Positions 25,272 through 36,937 of a stretch of DNA of 64,000 nucleotides are shown one piece after another. The DNA comes from Candidatus Omnitrophota bacterium (GTDB lineage Bacteria; Omnitrophota; Gorgyraeia; Gygaellales; JAMWDD01). Each line of letters begins with the position of its first letter. The stretch's first letter is position 1. Position numbers and translations under genes: made by a program. The DNA is taken from the NCBI GenBank assembly GCA_028717645.1, contig JAQUNK010000001.1, positions 68,794 to 132,793 on the forward strand, in the 5' to 3' direction. A model generated the notes under the pieces. That model saw only the letters and a list, made by a program, of their open reading frames with translations, searched no databases and was not told the DNA's origin.

Positions 25272-26367
25272 TAACTATTATATGGATCTGGCTATAAAGC
25301 TTGCTTTAAGGGCAAAAGGCAAAACTTCACCTAACCCTTTGGTTGGAGCCTTGGTGCTGAAGAAGGGTAAGGTCATAGGAAAGGGTTATCATAAGGCTGC
25401 TGGCTTGCCTCATGCTGAAGTTGTTGCTTTGGATCAGGCAGGTAAAAACGCTCAGGGCTCGATATTATTTGTTACGCTTGAACCTTGCACGCACTTCGGC
25501 AGGACACCGCCCTGCGTGAACAGGATCATTAAGGCCGGGGTCAAGAAAGTAGTCGTAGGCATGGAAGACCCCAACTCCATAAATAACGGTAAAGGCATCG
25601 AGGCCTTGCGTAAAAGCGGCATTAGCGTTGAATACGGTTTCCGGCAGGAGAAATTAAAAAAGATCAATGAAGTTTTCTTAAAATACATCACTAAAAAAAT
25701 ACCTTTTGTCACGGTAAAAGTAGCCGAGTCCTTAGACGGTAAAATTGCCACGCGCGCCGGTTCATCCAAATGGGTTACCGCGGATGCCTCGAGGGCCTAC
25801 GCGAATAAGATGCGCCAGGATTTTGATGCAGTAATGGTGGGCGTAAATACTGTTTTAAGGGATGATCCTGAACTTACCTGCCGCGTTCCACGGAAGGTAA
25901 AAGATCAGCCGGTAAGGATAATAGTAGACAGCCATCTAAGTACGCCGCAGAATGCCAAGATTTTTCAAGGCCCAGGAAAGGTAATTATCGCTACTTTAAA
26001 GAGCCAGAGCGGGCAGGAAACCGATAACCGCCTGATACTGGCAGAAAAAGCAACGATCCTGGAAGTAAAAGAAAAGAACGGGCAGATCAACCTCTACGAC
26101 CTGATGAAAAAATTGGCTAAAATGGAAATAACCAATATTCTGGTTGAGGGTGGTGGTTCTTTGATCGGTTCTTTGTTTGACGAGAGCCTGGTAGACAGGG
26201 TATTTTTCTTTCTTGCCCCTAAGATCATCGGAGGTAGAGGAGCGGTTGGTTCAGTGGAAGGCAATGGCATAAGAGAGCTAACCAGGGCGCCGTTCATAGA
26301 AAATATCCTTTTTAAGAAATTAGGTGATGACTTTTTGATCGAAGGCTACGTTAAATATCATAAATAA
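25258..26367 (+). CDS. ribD: Bifunctional diaminohydroxyphosphoribosylaminopyrimidine deaminase / 5-amino-6-(5-phosphoribosylamino)uracil reductase.
   Basis: Deaminase zinc motifs (HAEVVAL, PCTHFGRTPPC) plus a C-terminal RibD reductase domain. Confidence 0.9.
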   Translation: MKRDNNYYMDLAIKLALRAKGKTSPNPLVGALVLKKGKVIGKGYHKAAGLPHAEVVALDQAGKNAQGSILFVTLEPCTHFGRTPPCVNRIIKAGVKKVVVGMEDPNSINNGKGIEALRKSGISVEYGFRQEKLKKINEVFLKYITKKIPFVTVKVAESLDGKIATRAGSSKWVTADASRAYANKMRQDFDAVMVGVNTVLRDDPELTCRVPRKVKDQPVRIIVDSHLSTPQNAKIFQGPGKVIIATLKSQSGQETDNRLILAEKATILEVKEKNGQINLYDLMKKLAKMEITNILVEGGGSLIGSLFDESLVDRVFFFLAPKIIGGRGAVGSVEGNGIRELTRAPFIENILFKKLGDDFLIEGYVKYHK

Positions 26368-26418
26368 TCCTCCTGTCCCTTTAAGTTCACCCGCCGGAAA
26401 ACTCCCCATAACAAATGC

Positions 26419-27234
26419 TTGATAAACAGAATAAAGAGTGTTAAACTTAAATTTATGTATAAGTCTAAGAATAATAGTATGTTAAGAGCCATTGCTATAG
26501 CGGTATTATTCCTTATTATCCGTTTCCTATTCCTGCAAAATAATGCCTGGCAGTCAAATATATTATTATTGATAGCCTTAGGCCTGATCACGATCGTCGC
26601 GACATACCGTTATCCTTTGATCAAGGGCCTGGTTATCGCCACAGCCTTACTTTACGCGTTCATCCTTCTTTCTTTTTATACCCTTTGGGCCGGGGCTAGA
26701 TTCCATGACTATTTAGCTCCTGCCAGCGTTATTCTGGTTACTTATGCCTGCGTTGCTTTATATAAATATTTTTCCTGTTTTGCCAAAGGTATCCAGCTTA
26801 AGGACAAGGCCCTTATCGATACTTCGACCGGCTTATATATACAGAGATACTTTGAAGTAAGGCTGGAAAGTGAATTTAACCAGGCCATGCGCAGGTGTTA
26901 CCCTTTTTCTGTAGTGGCGGTATCTTTTGATGCAGACCTGAAAAGCGTAAGCTTGATCATAAAAAATTATTCGCGTAAACAGGACTTCGTCGCTTATTGC
27001 GGAAAAGAGAAGATCTACGCATTGCTTCCCGGGACAAAAGAAAAAGGGGCATTGGTCTACGCCGAGAAACTTAAAAAGGCCGTAGAAAACACCTTGAAAG
27101 TAAACATCAGTTTGGGTATAGTCAATTATCCGGACGCAGACGCAGGCTCATGGCAGAAAATTTTAGAATACGCCGAAGAGGCCTTACGCAAATCCCAAGA
27201 AACACGCGCCATATATGTTTACCGGAATCATTGA
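26419..27234 (+). CDS. Membrane protein with a degenerate GGDEF-like C-terminal domain, probably not catalytic.
   Basis: Four N-terminal predicted TM segments, then TGLYIQRYF...FSVVAVSFDAD...DFVAYCGKEKIYALLPG. The GGDEF signature is replaced by CGKEK. The true start could be an internal Met at 26455 or 26479. Confidence 0.5.
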   Translation: MINRIKSVKLKFMYKSKNNSMLRAIAIAVLFLIIRFLFLQNNAWQSNILLLIALGLITIVATYRYPLIKGLVIATALLYAFILLSFYTLWAGARFHDYLAPASVILVTYACVALYKYFSCFAKGIQLKDKALIDTSTGLYIQRYFEVRLESEFNQAMRRCYPFSVVAVSFDADLKSVSLIIKNYSRKQDFVAYCGKEKIYALLPGTKEKGALVYAEKLKKAVENTLKVNISLGIVNYPDADAGSWQKILEYAEEALRKSQETRAIYVYRNH

Positions 27235-27808
27235 AGAGCTAGGGAAGGTAAAAAGCTTTTCCAGAAGGGCCACTTTCTCATTATTGGAAGTTGATTGTGA
27301 GAAAATACTGGAAGACACCAAAATAGGCGATAGTATTTCGGTCAATGGTGTCTGCCTTACCGTGATTGAGAAAAAATCCCCGTTGATCGATTTTGAGGTA
27401 ATGCCTGAGACGCTTAAAAAGAGCAATTTAGGCAAGCTAAAGATAAATGCGCCGGTTAATTTAGAGCGTGCTTTAAAATTCAATGACAGGGTCGGCGGGC
27501 ATTTTATCAGCGGCCATGTTGATTATTTAGGCGTGATCCGGAAGAAAAGCCAAACTAGTGAAGGCACTATTTTTGAAATTGGTATACCCGCTGAATTTAC
27601 GCCGTTTATCGTAGCTAAGGGTTCAGTGGCGGTCGACGGGATAAGTTTGACCGTAATAGAAAAAAATGCAGGTAGTTTTACCGTCGGTATTATCCCGCAT
27701 ACGTTGAACAATACTACGTTAAAGGTAAAAAATATTTCAGATACGGTAAATATTGAGTGCGACATGCTTGCGAAGTTCGCAAAGTCAGCGCTTGAAAATT
27801 CAAAATAA
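27215..27808 (+). CDS. ribE: Riboflavin synthase alpha subunit.
   Basis: MFTGIIEELGKV N-terminus and duplicated lumazine-binding repeats (SVNGVCLTV / SVAVDGISLTV). Confidence 0.9.
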   Translation: MFTGIIEELGKVKSFSRRATFSLLEVDCEKILEDTKIGDSISVNGVCLTVIEKKSPLIDFEVMPETLKKSNLGKLKINAPVNLERALKFNDRVGGHFISGHVDYLGVIRKKSQTSEGTIFEIGIPAEFTPFIVAKGSVAVDGISLTVIEKNAGSFTVGIIPHTLNNTTLKVKNISDTVNIECDMLAKFAKSALENSK

Positions 27809-27822
27809 TTTATTAGGCAATA

Positions 27823-27877
27823 CGGGGCGTGGCTCGGTTTTCAGCCGAAGGCTGATCCGCCTGCGGCGGAGGCTAGA
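27823..27877 (+). other. tRNA-like fragment: a partial duplicate of the 5' acceptor and D-arm of the downstream tRNA-Pro, interrupted by a 35-nt structured insert.
   Basis: CGGGGCGTGGCTC (13/13 identical to the tRNA 5' end), then GGTTTTCAGCCGAAGGCTGATCCGCCTGCGGCGGAG (two short hairpins), then GCTAGAGCGCC, which matches the tRNA D-stem. Confidence 0.5.
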
Positions 27878-27912
27878 GCGCCTTACAAAATTTTAGAATA
27901 AAAAAGATAATT

Positions 27913-27991
27913 TCGGGGCGTGGCTCAGTTTGGCTAGAGCGCTTGGTTCGGGACCAAGAGGTCGACAGTTCAAGTCTGTCCGCCCCGACCA
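27913..27991 (+). tRNA. tRNA-Pro (anticodon CGG).
   Basis: CGGGGCG acceptor stem, GCTCAGTTTGGCTAGAGC D-arm, anticodon stem-loop CTTGG-TTCGGGA-CCAAG, GTTCAAGTC T-arm and a 3' CGCCCCGACCA with encoded CCA. Confidence 0.85.
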
Positions 27992-28009
27992 AATTTTAAG
28001 GAGGATCGC

Positions 28010-28489
28010 TTGATGGAGCATTCCCAGAAGACCGGAATAAGCTTCGGTATCACTTCTGCGACCATTACCACCTTAGGGTTGATGGTGGGCCTGGATTCCA
28101 GCACACATTCTAAGATGGTGGTCATCGGCGGTGTATTGACCATTGCCATAGCCGATGCCTTTTCCGACGCCTTAGGCATACACATTTCCGAAGAGTCGGA
28201 AAATGTGCATACTTCAGCACAGATCTGGCAGGCGACCATTTCTACCTTTTTGGCTAAATTTATTTTCGCTATGACCTTCCTCGTCGCAATTTTACTACTT
28301 AGTTTGCCGGTTGCGATCATCGTTAATATAATCTACGGGCTTACCTTACTGGGTTTGTTCAGTTTTTATATCGCTAAGGACCAGGGTGCTAAATGCTGCG
28401 GCGTCATTGCGGAACACCTGCTTATTGCCGTTATCGTCATTGTGACTACGCATTACGTCGGCCATCTGATCGGCAAGTTATTTAATTAA
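28010..28489 (+). CDS. Small membrane protein, similar to the VIT1/CCC1 family (iron/manganese transporter domain).
   Basis: GISFGITSATITTLGLMVGL...AIADAFSDALGIHISEESE resembles the VIT-family TM core, in a 159-aa hydrophobic protein. Confidence 0.4.
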   Translation: MMEHSQKTGISFGITSATITTLGLMVGLDSSTHSKMVVIGGVLTIAIADAFSDALGIHISEESENVHTSAQIWQATISTFLAKFIFAMTFLVAILLLSLPVAIIVNIIYGLTLLGLFSFYIAKDQGAKCCGVIAEHLLIAVIVIVTTHYVGHLIGKLFN

Positions 28490-28794
28490 TGCTAAAAAGG
28501 TGCGGGGTGAAGAGAGAAACATCCTCTCATTGCGTTCACGTATTGTACAAGGGTATGGTCCAGGGCGTAGGTTTCCGTTTCACTGCTTCAAGCCTGGCGC
28601 AAAATCTAAGGATAAAGGGCTGGGTGAAGAATTTGCCCGGCGGCGATGTTGAACTGGTGGCAGAGCAGAAAAAAGAAGTTTTAGAAGAATTTTTGTCCCA
28701 GATCAACCGTTATTTTTCCAGGTATATCCATTCCGCGCAAATAGACTGGGAGATCGCGAGTTCGGGGTTCAAGGATTTTCAGATAAAGTTTTAA
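28489..28794 (+). CDS. acyP: Acylphosphatase.
   Basis: VQGVGFRFT...GWVKNLPGGDVELVAEQ acylphosphatase signatures. The true start may be the internal Met at 28555. Confidence 0.75.
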   Translation: MLKRCGVKRETSSHCVHVLYKGMVQGVGFRFTASSLAQNLRIKGWVKNLPGGDVELVAEQKKEVLEEFLSQINRYFSRYIHSAQIDWEIASSGFKDFQIKF

Positions 28795-28884
28795 TGACGA
28801 CACAACTTATGGAGCAAGGCGACATAAGTTGTATGTTGGAATTAAGTTCTCCCGCCAATAATTTTATGGCGGGCGGGATCACTT

Positions 28885-31654
<2,770 letters not shown>

Positions 31655-31682
31655 ATGATGGGGTGGAAAAGGAGATGATTAA

Positions 31683-32171
31683 ATGAGGCGTAAGTTCTTT
31701 TCAATATTTGTCAGTTGTTTATTGATTGTTATTCTTACCGGATGCGAGGCATTTGTACGTAAATTTACCAGGAAGCCTAAAGAACAAAAAAAAGAGGAAA
31801 TGGTCTTGGCGCCCGAAGAGTACAAAGATAAGACCACTCCCGAGCAGCGTTATCGGCAGTACTTTCTATTCTGGGAGTCATGGCAGGAAGAGCTGACCAC
31901 TTCTTTTCTAGAACATAGGAGCCTGCAAAAAAAGGTTGACTGTATGGAACAGGCGATCAAGAATTTACAAGAAATGCGTAAACTTATCGCAAATGAAGCC
32001 AAGCAAAAATCGCTGGATAAATACCTACAACAGTCGATACGCTTAAGAGATATGATCGCAGATGATATTTATGGCAGGAATGACGATGAGAACAGGGAAC
32101 GCGGTGAGTCCATCCGGAGGACCGTTTCTCGGTATTTTGATTATCCGGCCGTTAAGAATTTTGTAAAATGA
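31683..32171 (+). CDS. Hypothetical lipoprotein.
   Basis: Signal peptide with an LTGC lipobox, then a charged, probably helical region. No recognisable family. Confidence 0.45.
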   Translation: MRRKFFSIFVSCLLIVILTGCEAFVRKFTRKPKEQKKEEMVLAPEEYKDKTTPEQRYRQYFLFWESWQEELTTSFLEHRSLQKKVDCMEQAIKNLQEMRKLIANEAKQKSLDKYLQQSIRLRDMIADDIYGRNDDENRERGESIRRTVSRYFDYPAVKNFVK

Positions 32172-32791
32172 TTTTTAGAAAAATTGTAGTCGGCCCGATA
32201 CAGGCGAATTGTTATATTTTGGCCGATGAACTGACCAGGTGTGCGGTGATCATCGATCCCGGAGCAGATGTGAAGAAAATAAATGCGGTTCTGGAAGAGC
32301 TGAATTTAAAGCCGGAGATAGTGATCAATACGCATGGGCATTTCGACCATATCGGCGCGGACGGTGAATTCGGCGTGCCGGTATATATCCATAAAAAAGA
32401 CGCGTCGTGTTTAAGCGATAGCAATAAGAACTTTTCCGCCTGGATGGGGCATCCTCTAAAAGTGAAGGCGCAGGAGATAAAGTTCCTGGAGGATAATGAG
32501 GATATAAGTGTCGGGGAGATCAGCCTTCAGGTGCTCCATACTCCGGGGCACACCCCGGGAGGGATATCTTTGGCCTTAAAGGGGCATGAACCGAAGGTCA
32601 TTTTTACCGGAGATACATTATTCAGGGGCAGCATCGGCAGGACGGACATGCCGGAGGCATCAGAAAAGGTCTTATTGGATTCTATCAGGAATAAAATTTT
32701 AAAATTTACGGATGATACGATAATTTATCCGGGCCATGGCCCGGAGTCGAGCATCGGCACGGAGCGGAAAGAGAACCCGTATTTAACGTAA
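32168..32791 (+). CDS. MBL-fold metallo-hydrolase (similar to hydroxyacylglutathione hydrolase, GloB).
   Basis: THGHFDH metal-binding motif and GHTPG. Confidence 0.75.
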   Translation: MIFRKIVVGPIQANCYILADELTRCAVIIDPGADVKKINAVLEELNLKPEIVINTHGHFDHIGADGEFGVPVYIHKKDASCLSDSNKNFSAWMGHPLKVKAQEIKFLEDNEDISVGEISLQVLHTPGHTPGGISLALKGHEPKVIFTGDTLFRGSIGRTDMPEASEKVLLDSIRNKILKFTDDTIIYPGHGPESSIGTERKENPYLT

Positions 32792-32792
32792 A

Positions 32793-33680
32793 ATGCGCGA
32801 ACTGATAGATCTTTTTCTTAATTATTTATCCGTAGAAAGGAACCTGGCAAAGAATACCCTGGTTGCCTATAAAAAGGACCTGGAGCGTTTTATGGATTAT
32901 CTGGAAAGTCAGCGTATAGCCGTGTTGTCCAAGACTAAAAAAGATGATATCACCGGTTTTATGCTTACCCAAAAAGATAAGGGCATTTCCTCCAGTTCCA
33001 TTTCCCGCCGCCTGGCCGCGATAAAAGTATTTTATCGTTTTTTGGTCAGGGAAAGGGTTCTATCAGCCGATCCGACCAGCCTGATGGAATCGCCCAAGCT
33101 ATGGAAAAAAATTCCCAATGTATTGTCTTTAAGCGAAATAGATTCCTTGCTTATCCAGCCGGACACTAAGACCAAACAAGGGGTGCGGGACAGGGCTATT
33201 CTGGAAACGATGTATGCCACGGGTATGCGCGTTTCCGAGGCCGCGGATCTAAAGTTAGAAGATGTAAATTTAGAAGTAGGGTTCTTGCGCTGTTTGGGAA
33301 AAGGCAGCAAGGAGCGGATCATCCCTTTGGGAAAAAAGGCGATTGAGTCCCTGAACAAATATATTAAAGAAGCGCGGCCCGCTTTTTTGGGAAAGAAAGA
33401 AAGCACGTATTTGTTCCTCAGCCGTTCTGGAAAAAGGATTTCACGTCAATCGCTGTGGAAATTGATAAAAAAGTACGCGCGGCAAGCTAAAATCAAGACG
33501 CAGATTAAGCCGCATATACTACGGCACTCTTTTGCCACACATCTGTTGGAAAGAGGGGCGGACCTGCGTTCCGTGCAGGAGATGCTCGGGCATTCGGATA
33601 TTTCCACCACCCAGATCTATACGCATATAAACAAAGACAGGTTAAAGACGATACACAGAACATATCATCCCAGGCCATAA
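32793..33680 (+). CDS. xerD: Site-specific tyrosine recombinase of the XerC/XerD family (chromosome dimer resolution).
   Basis: 295 aa. The catalytic region has R...HILRHSFATHLL...LGHSDISTTQIYTH with the tyrosine in YTH. Assigning XerC versus XerD is ambiguous. Confidence 0.8.
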   Translation: MRELIDLFLNYLSVERNLAKNTLVAYKKDLERFMDYLESQRIAVLSKTKKDDITGFMLTQKDKGISSSSISRRLAAIKVFYRFLVRERVLSADPTSLMESPKLWKKIPNVLSLSEIDSLLIQPDTKTKQGVRDRAILETMYATGMRVSEAADLKLEDVNLEVGFLRCLGKGSKERIIPLGKKAIESLNKYIKEARPAFLGKKESTYLFLSRSGKRISRQSLWKLIKKYARQAKIKTQIKPHILRHSFATHLLERGADLRSVQEMLGHSDISTTQIYTHINKDRLKTIHRTYHPRP

Positions 33681-33683
33681 AAT

Positions 33684-34964
33684 ATGGAAAAATATCTCAG
33701 GCTTTTGCCAGCGGAACTAAAAGAAGTGATCTCCTACGCCCAGAATATTTCCGGTCAATTAGAATACCGGGCATATCTGGTGGGAGGTTTTGTCAGGGAT
33801 TTGATCTTAGACGTTCCCAACCTGGATATGGATATCGTGGTTGAAGGAGACGGGCTTAAGTTCGCCGAGGCACTTTGTAATTGTATGGACGGAAAACTTA
33901 CCAAGCACCGCCGTTTTGGCACGGCGACGGTAATTTTACCCAATAAAATAAAGATAGACGTTGCCACGGCAAGAAAAGAAACCTATGCACATCCTGCAGC
34001 ACTCCCCGTGGTTTCTCCGGGAGATATCAGAGATGATCTTGCCCGCCGCGATTTTACCATTAATGCCATGGCGATCAATATTTCTTCAGCTGGTTTCGGG
34101 AATTTCATCGATTTTTTTCACGGCAAAGACGACCTTTTGCTTAAACGTATCCGTATCCTGCATGACCTGAGTTTTATCGATGATCCGACAAGGATATTGC
34201 GGGCCATCAGGTTCGAACAGCGCTATGGCCTGAAGATAGAGCCGCATACCTACAGTTTATTAAGGCAGGCATTGAAAAAGGGAGTCCTGGAAAAAGTGGA
34301 TAAGCAAAGGATTAGGGACGAAATGATCCTTACTTTAAAAGAACGGGAGCCGGTAAAGTATATAAAGCGTATCAGTAAACTTATCGGCTTGTCTTTTTTC
34401 AGCCCTAAATTGAGGCCGGCACAAGCCAAGTTCCTATATCTGGCAAAGGCCAAAAAAGAGATCGCCTGGTTCAAGAAGTCTTTTCCCAAAAAGAGGATGC
34501 TCGACGCCTGGCTTATTTATCTGATGGCCATGCTCAAAGACGCTGACAGGGCCGAGCTCTTATCTCTATGCAGAAAATTTGCTTTTCGGATGGGAGAAAC
34601 CAAAAGGATCCAATCTTACGCGCACGCCTTTAACAAGGCAGATACATTATTGGCTAAAAAAGATATCGCGCCAAGCAAGGTCTATCAGCTGCTTGAGCCG
34701 TTGAGCTACGAAGTGATCATACTGATAAGAGCATTGACCAGGAAAAAAGAAGTGAAAATGAATATCGAAGATTTTTTCCGGGTCTATAACGGCACACGTA
34801 TCCATGTTAATGGCGATGACTTAAAGAGCCTGGGTATAAAACCCGGGCCGGCCTTTAAGAACATACTTATAAAGTTGCTGTATGCCAAAATAGATTACCA
34901 GTTTAAAAGCAAAGAAGAGGAACTGGCTTTTGTCAGGACCTTATCGATTAAGAAATGGAGTTGA
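33684..34964 (+). CDS. tRNA nucleotidyltransferase / poly(A) polymerase family protein (CCA-adding enzyme-like).
   Basis: N-terminal pol-beta-type head GGFVRDLIL...DMDIVVEG and an RxxRF(E) motif (RAIRFEQRYG). Confidence 0.7.
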   Translation: MEKYLRLLPAELKEVISYAQNISGQLEYRAYLVGGFVRDLILDVPNLDMDIVVEGDGLKFAEALCNCMDGKLTKHRRFGTATVILPNKIKIDVATARKETYAHPAALPVVSPGDIRDDLARRDFTINAMAINISSAGFGNFIDFFHGKDDLLLKRIRILHDLSFIDDPTRILRAIRFEQRYGLKIEPHTYSLLRQALKKGVLEKVDKQRIRDEMILTLKEREPVKYIKRISKLIGLSFFSPKLRPAQAKFLYLAKAKKEIAWFKKSFPKKRMLDAWLIYLMAMLKDADRAELLSLCRKFAFRMGETKRIQSYAHAFNKADTLLAKKDIAPSKVYQLLEPLSYEVIILIRALTRKKEVKMNIEDFFRVYNGTRIHVNGDDLKSLGIKPGPAFKNILIKLLYAKIDYQFKSKEEELAFVRTLSIKKWS

Positions 34965-34969
34965 TCTAA

Positions 34970-35350
34970 ATGAGCCGTGCAGAAAGAGTTTCCCAGATGT
35001 TAAAAGAAGAAGTAAGTAATATCATGCATAATGACCTGAAGGACCCGCGCATCGGTTTTATTACGGTCACGCGGGTGGAACTGACGGATGATCTGCGTTA
35101 TGCAAAGATTTATTTCAGTATTCTAGGTACGGACATAGAACAGGAAAATACGAAAAAGGCGGTGAATAATTCTTTGGGTTTTATCCGCAGGCTGGTCGCC
35201 GAGAGGATGAATTTAAGGTTCGTGCCGGAAATTGTTTTTAAGCAGGACAGGTCTGCGCAATACAGCTTCGAGATCGAAGAGGCATTAAATAAAATAAAGG
35301 AATTGAAAAATGAGCCTAGAAAAGTGCGTCGAGTGCATAAGAAAAAATAG
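34970..35350 (+). CDS. rbfA: Ribosome-binding factor A.
   Basis: 126 aa with the RbfA KH-like fold signature DPRIGFITVTRVELTDDLRYAKIYFS. Confidence 0.85.
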   Translation: MSRAERVSQMLKEEVSNIMHNDLKDPRIGFITVTRVELTDDLRYAKIYFSILGTDIEQENTKKAVNNSLGFIRRLVAERMNLRFVPEIVFKQDRSAQYSFEIEEALNKIKELKNEPRKVRRVHKKK

Positions 35351-36272
35351 ATCCTTTCTTATTACCACCCATATCAATGTAGAAGGCGACGCGTTGGGTT
35401 CGGAACTTGCCTTCGCGGGCCTGCTTAAGGCAAAAGGGAAAAAGGTCTTTATCCTGAATCAGGATAAAGTGCCGCAGGAGTATAGCTTTCTGCCGGGGAC
35501 AAAAAGTGTCAGGACCGAACTGAACAATTTTAATTTTGATGTCGCAGCCATCCTTGATTGCTCCGACTTGAACCGCTCGGGAGAAATACGCAAGGTATTC
35601 AAGAAAGATACGTTTATCCTTAATATCGACCATCATATCAGTAACAGCCGTTTTGCTCAGATAAACTGGGTAAAGCCGCATGCCTCATCTACCGCGGAGA
35701 TGGTTTATGAGCTCTTTAAGAAAATGCGCGTACCTTTGAATAAAAATGACGCGATGGCACTTTACGCGGGAATACTTACCGATACCGGGTCATTCCGCTA
35801 TTCGAATACCACTTACAAGACCCATGCGATGGCCGCTGAGCTTTTAAAGCACGGCATTATCCCCAAAGAAGTTTATAAGCACATTTATCAATCCAATACT
35901 TTCGAGGACATGAAGGTCCTGGCCGGGATGCTCTCTTCGGCCGAACGCGACAAAAGAGGCGGGTTGATCTGGTTTACCATTCCACAGAAGGTCCTTAGGC
36001 AGGCTAATCCGCATTTTGACTTTACGGAACACGTTTTGTCATTTGGGCGTAAAATCAAAGGAGCCGAAGTAGTGGCGTTATTTAAGGAAAATCTGGGTAA
36101 TAAATATCAGATCAAGGTTAATTTAAGGTCCCAGGGAAAATGTGATGTCAATAAAATCGCGAAATATTTCGGCGGAGGCGGACATCGCAGTGCCAGCGCC
36201 TGTACCATAAATGGCAGGCTTGCTGTAGTCCGCAGGGATGTTTTAAGCAAGATTAAAGAGGTCCTCTATTGA
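35310..36272 (+). CDS. nrnA: DHH/DHHA1 phosphoesterase (NrnA-like oligoribonuclease / pAp phosphatase).
   Basis: DHH motifs (ITTHINVEGDALGS, DHH at IDHHISN) and a C-terminal GGGH (DHHA1). It overlaps the rbfA 3' end. Confidence 0.75.
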   Translation: MSLEKCVECIRKNRSFLITTHINVEGDALGSELAFAGLLKAKGKKVFILNQDKVPQEYSFLPGTKSVRTELNNFNFDVAAILDCSDLNRSGEIRKVFKKDTFILNIDHHISNSRFAQINWVKPHASSTAEMVYELFKKMRVPLNKNDAMALYAGILTDTGSFRYSNTTYKTHAMAAELLKHGIIPKEVYKHIYQSNTFEDMKVLAGMLSSAERDKRGGLIWFTIPQKVLRQANPHFDFTEHVLSFGRKIKGAEVVALFKENLGNKYQIKVNLRSQGKCDVNKIAKYFGGGGHRSASACTINGRLAVVRRDVLSKIKEVLY

Positions 36273-36937
36273 TGCCGGACGGCATATTTATCGTCAATAA
36301 ACCTCAAGGCCTTACTTCTCATGACGTAGTGGATTGCGTGAGGAAGAGCCTCAAGATCAAGCGCGTGGGCCATGCAGGGACCTTGGACCCTTTAGCTACG
36401 GGCGTATTGATAATCCTCGTAGGCAAGGCCACAAAATTCTTCAATAAATTTTCAGGCATGGATAAAGAGTATGTTGCTACGGTAACCCTGGGCAAGGTTA
36501 CTACTACGGGAGATTGCCAGGGTGGTACCAAACTTGAGCAAAATTTTTCCCACATTACCGAAGCCATGGTCAGCGAAGCCTTGAATTCTTTCCTCGGCGA
36601 ACAAGAGCAGGTCCCACCGATGTTCTCGGCAGTTAAATATAAGGGAAAAAAATTATACCAGTTTGCCAGGCGGGGAATTGAGGTCCCCCGCAAACCGCGC
36701 AAGATCAATATCAAAGAATTAAAGCTGATGTATTTTAAGCCTCCGGACGTAGAAATTTATCTACGTTGTTCCAAGGGCACGTATGTAAGGAAACTGGCGG
36801 AAGACATCGGTGAAAAGCTCGGTTGCGGAGGATGTGTTTCCAAGATTGAGAGAGTGGGGATAGGCGAATTTAACATAAAAGATGCGATCACAATAGATAA
36901 GATAAATGAAAGTTATCTCAAGCCCTGGAAAAATTAA
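36269..36937 (+). CDS. truB: tRNA pseudouridine(55) synthase.
   Basis: HAGTLDPLATGVL catalytic-Asp motif. The rbfA-nrnA-truB-ribF neighbourhood is conserved. Confidence 0.9.
   Translation: MMPDGIFIVNKPQGLTSHDVVDCVRKSLKIKRVGHAGTLDPLATGVLIILVGKATKFFNKFSGMDKEYVATVTLGKVTTTGDCQGGTKLEQNFSHITEAMVSEALNSFLGEQEQVPPMFSAVKYKGKKLYQFARRGIEVPRKPRKINIKELKLMYFKPPDVEIYLRCSKGTYVRKLAEDIGEKLGCGGCVSKIERVGIGEFNIKDAITIDKINESYLKPWKN

Noticed and set aside
32793-33680. A tyrosine recombinase, as a possible integrase of a mobile element inserted at the tRNA-Pro locus.
   Set aside because: The sequence, size and context fit chromosomal XerC/XerD. It is 5 kb from the tRNA with housekeeping genes (ligA and others) between. 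No phage, transposase or cargo genes are nearby.
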